Shown here: positions 56,806 to 64,000 of the stretch, piece after piece
Position numbering within the stretch: position 1 is the first letter of the stretch
Layout of the letters: each line of letters begins with the position of its first letter
Assembly (NCBI GenBank): GCA_949286165.1
Contig: CASDZK010000004.1
Coordinates: forward strand, 3,302 to 67,301
Reading direction: 5' to 3'
DNA: 64,000 nucleotides
DNA from: an uncultured Alistipes sp.
Lineage (GTDB): Bacteria; Bacteroidota; Bacteroidia; Bacteroidales; Rikenellaceae
Made by a program: the position numbers and the translations under genes
Notes under the pieces: generated by a model
Databases searched by the model: none
What the model was told of the DNA's origin: nothing
What the model saw: the letters and a program-made list of their open reading frames with translations, nothing else

Positions 56806-59800
56806 ATGAAAAGAATTGAACATCAAACCGACCGTCCCCGACAACAGGGCTTGTACCGGCCGGAATACGAACACGACGCATGCGGAGTAGGTCTGATTAT
56901 CAACATCAAGGGAGGGAAATCGCACCAAATCGTGGACAACGCGTTGCAGGTTCTCGAGAATATGAAACACCGCGGAGCGGAAGGCGCCGACAACGTGACC
57001 GGAGACGGAGCCGGAATCACGGTTCAGATTCCTCACGAATACATCCTTCTGCAAGGAATCCCTGTTCCCGAAAAAGGGGAATACGGCACGGGAATCGTCT
57101 TCCTGTCCAAAGATCCCGCGCAGCAGGCAGCCGCTTTCCGGCTGATCCGGGAAGAAACGGAAGCGGAAGGGCTGACCTTGATGCATATCCGCGACGTTCC
57201 CGTAAACAGCCACATTCTGGCCGAGGCGGCCAGACGCACGGAACCTGCCATCAAACAGGTGTTCGTCACGGGTCCGCAAACGGACAAGCCGTTGGAAAGG
57301 CGGCTGTATATCATCCGAAAACGCATCGAAAAGCGAGTCCTGGCAGGAGACATCCTGCCAGGCAAGCTGCAATCGCTCTATTTTACCGGTTTGTCCAGCC
57401 GGACGATCACTTATAAGGGGATGCTGTCGTCGGTGCAGCTTCGCAACTACTTTACCGATCTGACCAATCCCTATTTCACGTCCGGAATCGCGCTGGTGCA
57501 TTCCCGCTTCTCGACCAACACGTTCCCCACGTGGGACCTCGCTCAACCGTTCCGGCTGATCGGACACAACGGGGAGATCAATACCATCCGCGGGAACCGA
57601 AGCTGGATGGAAACGCGGGAAAGCCTGGTGGAATCGGAAAATCTGTGCCCTACCGAACAACTTTCCCCCATCGTTACGCCGGGCATGAGCGACAGCGCTA
57701 CGTTGGACAACGTGCTGGAATTTTACGTCATGAGCGGCGTAAGCCTGCCGCACGCCTTGGCCATGTTGATTCCGGAAAGCTATAACGACAAAAATCCCAT
57801 TTCTCCGGAATTAAAAGCGTTCTACGAATACCACAGTATTTTTATGGAACCGTGGGACGGTCCGGCCACCCTTCTCTTTACCGACGGACGCTATGCCGGA
57901 GGCATGCTGGACCGGAACGGCCTGCGTCCCGCCCGCTACCTGATCACGACCGACGACATGATGGTCATCGGTTCCGAAACGGGCCTGCTCCCCATCGCGC
58001 CCGAACGCATCCGGGAAAAAGGTCGTCTGAGACCGGGAAAAATCATACTGGTAGATACGCTCCAAGGCGTCATCCGCTACGATCCGGAAGTGAAGGAACA
58101 ACTGGCCGCCGAATACCCGTACCGCGAATGGATCGATAAAAACCGGGTCATCCTCAGCGAAATCAAATCCGGAAGAAACATCAGCCACACCGTGGACAAC
58201 TACGAGGCCGAATTGCGCACCTTCGGATACGACAAGGAAGAAATCGAGAAAATCATTCTTCCGATGCTTTCCGGAGCCGAAACCATCGGTTCTATGGGAA
58301 ACGACACGCCTTTGGCCGTGCTGTCGTCGAAACCTCAACGGCTGTTCAACTTTTTCCGGCAACAGTTCGCCCAAGTCACCAATCCGCCGATCGACCCGAT
58401 CCGGGAAGAACTGGTCATGTCCATCGCCAGTTATATCGGAGCCATCGGAGGCAACATCCTGCACCCTTCTCCCGAACATTGCAAAGTGGTAAAACTTCCC
58501 AGCCCGGTGCTGACCAACAATGAATTGGATATTTTGAACAATTTGCGATACAAGGGATTCAAAACCCAAACCCTATCGATGTTGTTCGATGCCGACGGCA
58601 ACGCGCAAACCGTCGCCGATGCCATAGAGGTACTTTGCCGCAACGCGGAAAAAGCGGTGGACGAAGGGTACAACTACATTATCCTCAGCGACAGAGGCGT
58701 ATCGGAACGGAAAGCGCCCATTCCCTCCCTGCTGGCTCTTTCCGCCGTACACCATTACCTGAACGGAAAGCGGAAAAGAGCGCAAATCGCCCTGATCGTA
58801 GAAACCGGAGAAGCCCGGGAAGTCATGCACATCGCCCTGTTGATCGGCTTCGGGGCCAGTGCGGTAAACCCCTATCTGGCATTCGGCGTACTCGACAGGC
58901 TGGTTTCCGGAAACGAAGTTCAGCTGGATTACAAAACGGCGGAAAAACAATACATCAAAGCCATCAACAAAGGTTTGCTGAAGATCATTTCTAAAATGGG
59001 AATCTCCACCATCCGCAGTTACCGCGGAGCTAAAATTTTCGAGGCCATCGGACTTTCCAACGCGTTCCTCGACAAATATTTTCACGGCATGCAGTCCAAA
59101 ATCGAAGGCGCCGATCTCGAAGACATCACAGCCGACGTACTGAAAGCCCACGCAAGAGGATGGAAAACCGATACTGAACAAACCGGACTGACGGAATACG
59201 CAGGCAACTACGCTTACCGGAAACAGGGGGAAAAACATGCCTGGAATCCGGAAACCATCTCCACGCTGCAACTGGCCACCCGCTTAGGCAGCTATAAAAA
59301 ATTCAAGGAATATACCCGGCTGGTGGATGAAAAAGCGGAACCGATATTTCTGCGCGACCTAATGACTTACCGAAAAAATCCCATTCCCCTGTCGGAAGTG
59401 GAGCCGGCCGAACAAATCGTAAAACGGTTCGTTACCGGGGCCATGTCATTCGGGTCGTTAAGCCGGGAAGCCCATGAAGCCATGGCGATCGCCATGAACC
59501 TGCTAGGCGGAAAAAGCAACACCGGCGAAGGTGGGGAAGACCCCCGCCGGTATCGCCCGAACGCCGACGGGACCAGTTCGCGAAGCGCCATCAAACAGGT
59601 GGCTTCGGGACGTTTCGGAGTCAATGCCGAATATCTGGTCAATGCGGACGAAATACAGATCAAGGTCGCCCAAGGAGCGAAACCCGGTGAAGGAGGACAA
59701 CTGCCCGGTTACAAAGTCGGGGAAATCGTCGCCAAAACCCGGCACTCCATTCCGGGTATCTCCCTGATATCGCCACCGCCCCATCACGACATTTACTCCA

Positions 59801-61329
59801 TCGAAGATTTGGCCCAACTGATTTTCGATCTGAAGAATGTCAATCCCGCCGCCCGCATCAGCGTAAAGCTGGTTTCGGAAAGCGGCATAGGGACCATTGC
59901 TGCCGGAGTGGCGAAAGCCAAAGCCGACATGATCCTGATCAGCGGAAGCGAAGGAGGTACGGGAGCGAGTCCCATGAGTTCCATCAAACATGCCGGTCTG
60001 CCTCCGGAGCTGGGCCTTGCGGAGGTGCAACAAACCCTGGTTCTGAACAACCTGCGAGGCAAAGTGTCGCTTCAAGTAGACGGGCAGTTCAAAACCGGCC
60101 ACGACATCATCATCGGCGCCTTGCTCGGAGCCGAAGAGTTCGGATTCGCCACCAGCGCCCTGATCGTCCTGGGATGCGTCATGATGCGGAAATGCCACCT
60201 GAACACCTGTCCGGTAGGAGTGGCCACCCAGGACGAAAAATTAAGGGAACGTTTCCGAGGACGTTACGAATACTTGGTCAATTTTTTCCGGTTTATGGCC
60301 GAAGACGTACGAGAACACCTCGCGCAATTAGGATTTCGGAGAATGGACGATATTGTCGGCAGAACGGATCTGATCGTTCGAAAACCGACCGACAACGAAC
60401 GAATCCGGAAAGTCGATCTGTCCCGCATTTTATATCGTCCCGCCGAAGCCAACAGCAATGCCGTTCGTAGAATTTGCGAACAAGACCACAAAATCACGGA
60501 TATCAAAGACCGGATACTGATCGCCCGCACGGCGCAGGCCATCGATAACGAAACGCCGATAACGCTTGCCATGTCCATAGCGAACACCGACCGTTCCGTC
60601 GGAGCGATGCTTTCGGGAGAAATTACTCAACGGAAAGGCGGCAAAGGATTGCCGGAAGACACGATACAGGTAGCGTTCGACGGTTGCGCCGGACAAAGCT
60701 TCGGCGCTTTCCTCGCCGGTGGCGTGACTTTCCGGCTGGAAGGAGACGCCAACGACTATTTGGGTAAAGGACTTTCCGGCGGAAAAATTATCGTAGTGCC
60801 GCCCCGGAACAGCGCATTCGACCCGCATGAAAACGTAATCGTAGGCAATACGTTGCTGTACGGCGCGACGGCGGGAGAAGTATATATCAACGGCATTGCG
60901 GGCGAACGGTTCTGCGTGCGCAACAGCGGAGCCATCGCCGTTGTGGAAGGAGCCGGCGACCATTGCTGCGAATACATGACGGGAGGACGTACCGTCGTAT
61001 TGGGTCCGACAGGACGGAATTTCGCAGCCGGCATGAGCGGCGGCATAGCTTACGTATGGAACAGGACGGGCGACTTCGATTTCTTCTGCAATATGGAAAT
61101 GGTAGAATTATCCCTGATCGAAGACAATTACGACAACAAAGAACTGTTCGGCCTGATCGAAGCCCACTACCGTCATACGCAAAGCCCGGTAGCCGGCATG
61201 CTGTTGTCCGAATGGGCCTCGCACGTGGGAGAATTCATTAAAGTAATGCCCATCGAGTACAAAAAAGTGCTCAACGCGGAACGTCTGGCGGCCCTCGACC
61301 GGAAAATCGCCGAAATGGAACACGACTAA
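56806..61329 (+). CDS. gltB: glutamate synthase large subunit
   Basis: The Ntn amidotransferase Cys sits in the context EHDACGVGL. The FMN domain and C-terminal GXGXG beta-helix repeats are present; about 1507 aa from ATG 56806. Confidence 0.95.
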   Translation: MKRIEHQTDRPRQQGLYRPEYEHDACGVGLIINIKGGKSHQIVDNALQVLENMKHRGAEGADNVTGDGAGITVQIPHEYILLQGIPVPEKGEYGTGIVFLSKDPAQQAAAFRLIREETEAEGLTLMHIRDVPVNSHILAEAARRTEPAIKQVFVTGPQTDKPLERRLYIIRKRIEKRVLAGDILPGKLQSLYFTGLSSRTITYKGMLSSVQLRNYFTDLTNPYFTSGIALVHSRFSTNTFPTWDLAQPFRLIGHNGEINTIRGNRSWMETRESLVESENLCPTEQLSPIVTPGMSDSATLDNVLEFYVMSGVSLPHALAMLIPESYNDKNPISPELKAFYEYHSIFMEPWDGPATLLFTDGRYAGGMLDRNGLRPARYLITTDDMMVIGSETGLLPIAPERIREKGRLRPGKIILVDTLQGVIRYDPEVKEQLAAEYPYREWIDKNRVILSEIKSGRNISHTVDNYEAELRTFGYDKEEIEKIILPMLSGAETIGSMGNDTPLAVLSSKPQRLFNFFRQQFAQVTNPPIDPIREELVMSIASYIGAIGGNILHPSPEHCKVVKLPSPVLTNNELDILNNLRYKGFKTQTLSMLFDADGNAQTVADAIEVLCRNAEKAVDEGYNYIILSDRGVSERKAPIPSLLALSAVHHYLNGKRKRAQIALIVETGEAREVMHIALLIGFGASAVNPYLAFGVLDRLVSGNEVQLDYKTAEKQYIKAINKGLLKIISKMGISTIRSYRGAKIFEAIGLSNAFLDKYFHGMQSKIEGADLEDITADVLKAHARGWKTDTEQTGLTEYAGNYAYRKQGEKHAWNPETISTLQLATRLGSYKKFKEYTRLVDEKAEPIFLRDLMTYRKNPIPLSEVEPAEQIVKRFVTGAMSFGSLSREAHEAMAIAMNLLGGKSNTGEGGEDPRRYRPNADGTSSRSAIKQVASGRFGVNAEYLVNADEIQIKVAQGAKPGEGGQLPGYKVGEIVAKTRHSIPGISLISPPPHHDIYSIEDLAQLIFDLKNVNPAARISVKLVSESGIGTIAAGVAKAKADMILISGSEGGTGASPMSSIKHAGLPPELGLAEVQQTLVLNNLRGKVSLQVDGQFKTGHDIIIGALLGAEEFGFATSALIVLGCVMMRKCHLNTCPVGVATQDEKLRERFRGRYEYLVNFFRFMAEDVREHLAQLGFRRMDDIVGRTDLIVRKPTDNERIRKVDLSRILYRPAEANSNAVRRICEQDHKITDIKDRILIARTAQAIDNETPITLAMSIANTDRSVGAMLSGEITQRKGGKGLPEDTIQVAFDGCAGQSFGAFLAGGVTFRLEGDANDYLGKGLSGGKIIVVPPRNSAFDPHENVIVGNTLLYGATAGEVYINGIAGERFCVRNSGAIAVVEGAGDHCCEYMTGGRTVVLGPTGRNFAAGMSGGIAYVWNRTGDFDFFCNMEMVELSLIEDNYDNKELFGLIEAHYRHTQSPVAGMLLSEWASHVGEFIKVMPIEYKKVLNAERLAALDRKIAEMEHD

Positions 61330-61371
61330 AATGTATTACCGGTGCGCACATGCACCCTAACCAGTACAACC

Positions 61372-62796
61372 ATGGGAAATCCGAAAGCATTTCTAACCAT
61401 AAACAGAAAAGAAGCCGGCTACCGGCCGGTACACGAACGCATATACGATTATTCGGAAGTGGAACAGACCTTGAACATAGAAGACAGGAAACTGCAGGCG
61501 TCGCGCTGCATGGACTGCGGAGTTCCTTTTTGCCACTGGGCCTGCCCGTTGGGGAACAGGCAGCCCGAATGGCAGGATCTGGCCTATAAAGGCAAATGGA
61601 AAGAGGCGTATGAAATTCTGTCTTCCACCGACGACTTTCCCGAATTTACCGGACGCATCTGTCCCGCGTTATGCGAAAAATCATGCGTGTTGAACCTGCA
61701 CGAACAACCCGTTACCATTCGGGAAAACGAAGCGGCCATCGTGGAACGCGCTTTCGCCGAAGGACACATCGTTCCCTGTCCGCCGTCGAAACGGACGGGC
61801 AAACGAATAGCCGTCATCGGTTCCGGACCCGCCGGACTGGCCTGCGCCAACCGGCTCAACCGAAAGGGACACGACGTGACAGTATATGAAAAAGACGAAT
61901 ACCCCGGAGGATTGCTCCGCCTGGGAATTCCGGACTTCAAACTCAGCAAAAAAGTGGTGGAACGCCGAATAGCCCTGCTGCAAGCCGAAGGCATAACTTT
62001 CAAAACGTCCGTCTGCATCGGCCGGGATATGAAAGCCGCCGACCTGCTCGCCCGATACGACGCCGTCTGCATAGCCATCGGTTCAGGAACGGCCCGAGAT
62101 CTTCAGGTGGAAGGACGCGATCTGAAAGGCATCCATTTCGCACTGGAACTGTTGAAACAGCAAAACAGAATCAATGCCGGAGCCGCCTTTCCCTCCCGGT
62201 CCCAAATATCCGCCAAAGGGAAACGGGTATTGGTCATCGGCGGGGGAGACACGGGTTCCGACTGCGTGGGCACCTCCATTCGGCAGGGGGCCGTACACGT
62301 AACGCAAATCGAAATCATGCCCCAGCCTCCTGTCGGCCATAACCCGGAAACTCCGTGGCCGGCCTGGCCCAATATTTTAAAAACTTCCTCCTCGCACGAA
62401 GAAGGCTGCGAACGGCGTTGGAATCTCGACACCGTCCGGTTCATCGGAGAAGGAGGCAAAGTAAAAGGCGTGGAAGTGGAACGCGTGGAATGGTCCAGGT
62501 CCGACACCGGCGGATGGAACATGCGGCGTACCGGAGAAAAAGAGACCATCGCCGCCGAGCTGGTATTGCTGTCGATGGGATTCGTACATCCGGCGCAAGA
62601 TTTGTTCCGGGAACTGAAACTGGAAACGGACCGGAGAAAGAACCTGCAAACCGACGCCCGGTCATGCAGTTCGCTCGAAGGCGTTTTCGGAGCGGGCGAC
62701 GCGGTAAACGGTGCTTCTTTAGTTGTCCGCGCCATCGCTTCGGGACAAGCGGCCGCCCGCCACATCGACCGATATGTTTCTTCAAAAAACAAATGA
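61372..62796 (+). CDS. gltD: glutamate synthase small subunit (NAD(P)H-dependent)
   Basis: N-terminal Fe-S cysteine clusters (CMDCGVPFC, CPLGN, CPALCEKSC). Two Rossmann motifs (VIGSGPAGLACA, VIGGGDTGSDC). Confidence 0.9.
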   Translation: MGNPKAFLTINRKEAGYRPVHERIYDYSEVEQTLNIEDRKLQASRCMDCGVPFCHWACPLGNRQPEWQDLAYKGKWKEAYEILSSTDDFPEFTGRICPALCEKSCVLNLHEQPVTIRENEAAIVERAFAEGHIVPCPPSKRTGKRIAVIGSGPAGLACANRLNRKGHDVTVYEKDEYPGGLLRLGIPDFKLSKKVVERRIALLQAEGITFKTSVCIGRDMKAADLLARYDAVCIAIGSGTARDLQVEGRDLKGIHFALELLKQQNRINAGAAFPSRSQISAKGKRVLVIGGGDTGSDCVGTSIRQGAVHVTQIEIMPQPPVGHNPETPWPAWPNILKTSSSHEEGCERRWNLDTVRFIGEGGKVKGVEVERVEWSRSDTGGWNMRRTGEKETIAAELVLLSMGFVHPAQDLFRELKLETDRRKNLQTDARSCSSLEGVFGAGDAVNGASLVVRAIASGQAAARHIDRYVSSKNK

Positions 62797-62797
62797 C

Positions 62798-63646
62798 ATG
62801 TTGAAATTTACGAAAATGCAGGGAGCTGGAAACGATTACCTTTATATCGACTGCACCCGACAAATGATAAACAACCCCGCGGAACTGGCCGTAGCCATGA
62901 GCAAACGTCATTTCGGCGCAGGCGCCGACGGCATCGTATTGATATGTCCGTCTTCCTCCGGCGATTTCCGCATGAGAATATTCAATGCCGACGGTTCGGA
63001 AGCCGAAATGTGCGGCAACGCCTCCCGATGCATCGGGAAATACGTTTACGAACGAGGATTGACCGACAAAACGGAACTGACGTTGGAAACAGGGGCGGGA
63101 CTCAAATATCTGACTTTGCACGTCGAAAACGGGAAAGTGAACACGGTAACGGTAGATATGGGAGAACCCCGATTGACCGGCGCGGAAATTCCGACACGGC
63201 TTGGAAAGCCGGAAGAACGCATTATCGACCGGCCGTTGAGCATAGACGGAACCGAGGTACGGATTACCGCCGTTTCCATGGGAAACCCGCATGCAGTGCT
63301 TTTCGTTCCGAACGTCGCCGGCATGGACATCGAGACCCCGGGAAAACAAATCGAAAACCATCCCGCTTTTCCCCGACGGACCAACGTCGAATTCATAGAA
63401 ACAGTGACGCACGAGCGATTGAAAATGCGGGTATGGGAACGCGGTTCCGGAGAAACCTGGGCCTGCGGCACGGGAGCCTGCGCCGCCGTCGTAGCCGGAG
63501 TGCTGAACGGACGGTGCAGCCGATCGACGACCGTAGCATTGCGGGGAGGCGAACTGTTCATCGAATGGAACCCGGCCGACAACCGGGTATATATGACCGG
63601 CGCCGCCGCATTCGTTTACGACGGCGAATGGCCCGACAAACAATAA
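62798..63646 (+). CDS. dapF: diaminopimelate epimerase
   Basis: MLKFTKMQGAGNDYLYID. Catalytic Cys contexts FNADGSEAEMCGNASRC and ETWACGTGACA. The ATG lies 1 nt after the gltD stop. Confidence 0.9.
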   Translation: MLKFTKMQGAGNDYLYIDCTRQMINNPAELAVAMSKRHFGAGADGIVLICPSSSGDFRMRIFNADGSEAEMCGNASRCIGKYVYERGLTDKTELTLETGAGLKYLTLHVENGKVNTVTVDMGEPRLTGAEIPTRLGKPEERIIDRPLSIDGTEVRITAVSMGNPHAVLFVPNVAGMDIETPGKQIENHPAFPRRTNVEFIETVTHERLKMRVWERGSGETWACGTGACAAVVAGVLNGRCSRSTTVALRGGELFIEWNPADNRVYMTGAAAFVYDGEWPDKQ

Positions 63647-63682
63647 TAACCTTTCATTTTCATCCGTTTATTCATTACAAAC

Positions 63683-64000
63683 ATGGTACAGATCAACGAT
63701 AACTTCCTGCAATTACAAAACAGCTATCTTTTTTCCGATATCGGAAAAAAAGTAGCCGCTTTCCGGGCGGAAAATCCGGACGCCCGCATTATCAGCATGG
63801 GAATAGGCGACGTGTCGCGTCCGCTGACGCCTGCCGTCATTGCCGCCCTGCACAAAGCCGTGGACGAAATGGCTTCCGCCGAAACGTTCCGAGGATACGG
63901 TCCGGAACAGGGATACGGTTTTCTGGCGGAAAGCATTATCCGCCACGATTACGCGAAACGGGGCATCCGTCTGGAACCGGACGAAGTATTCATCAACGAC
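63683..64000 (+). CDS. dapL: LL-diaminopimelate aminotransferase, 3'-truncated by window edge
   Basis: ATG at 63683, with the frame open to the window end. [27 protein letters not shown]...[11 protein letters not shown] is a typical DapL N-terminus. It is not in the ORF track because no stop is reached. Confidence 0.85.
   Translation, partial: MVQINDNFLQLQNSYLFSDIGKKVAAFRAENPDARIISMGIGDVSRPLTPAVIAALHKAVDEMASAETFRGYGPEQGYGFLAESIIRHDYAKRGIRLEPDEVFIND

Noticed and set aside
56782-58569. 323-aa and 252-aa minus-strand ORFs antisense to gltB
   Set aside because: These are the same kind of off-frame artefact. gltB motif support is continuous through this span.
62441-63643. 400-aa minus-strand ORF antisense to gltD/dapF, and the 252-aa plus-strand ORF at 62944..63702
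   Set aside because: Both overlap two genes that have clear catalytic motifs. The composition is R/G/P-rich with no domains.
1-64000. Search for CRISPR arrays, tRNA/rRNA genes, IS elements, integrases and phage genes
   Set aside because: I saw no regularly spaced direct repeats, no tRNA-like T-arm (GGTTCGAATCC-type) sequences, and no rRNA-like or transposase-like ORFs. This was visual inspection only, so tRNAscan, Infernal and ISfinder should confirm it.

Overview
This 64-kb window looks like ordinary chromosome from a Bacteroidota (Bacteroidales-like) genome. That placement is inferred from gene content, exact TAnnTTTG -7 promoter boxes and lipoprotein-rich ORFs; no database search was possible. 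All product calls rest on motifs I recognised by eye in the supplied translations.

I call 40 CDS. In order:
- 5'-truncated sigma-54 activator, LptE-like lipoprotein, hypothetical protein, SecG
- GH92 mannosidase, C1 peptidase, NagB
- YidE/YbjL-type transporter, GT2, alpha/beta hydrolase, double-CDGSH Fe-S protein
- a minus-strand run of thioester alpha-2-macroglobulin, LemA and DUF3137, head-to-head with pbpC
- a 1.35-kb ORF-poor spacer, then a fused nucleotidyltransferase-HEPN gene
- GH20 hexosaminidase, BioA, coiled-coil lipoprotein, exported FAD oxidoreductase, lipoprotein
- glycogen cluster 1 (debranching enzyme, GT4, GH57), then topA preceded by short GlgA and DUF4270
- TolC, adaptor and two tandem RND pumps
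- CXXC-less TlpA-like protein, LpxH
- an 11-kb nitrogen block (P-II, AmtB, GSIII, GltB, GltD, DapF, DapL; DapL is 3'-truncated)

I saw no rRNA, tRNA, CRISPR array, transposase or integrase.

The most unusual stretch is 21009-22364. It is non-coding by every criterion I can apply. It is built from repeated long-hairpin modules that start with an A-tract and a GGGAAC arm, and it lies directly upstream of the NT-HEPN gene.

Secondary points of interest:
- the A2M-LemA-DUF3137 / pbpC arrangement
- G-free A/C-rich tracts flanking the tlpA-like/lpxH pair
- a possible ~380-nt leader ahead of glnK-amtB
- paired RND pumps with an ATGA overlap
- a redox-dead thioredoxin fold
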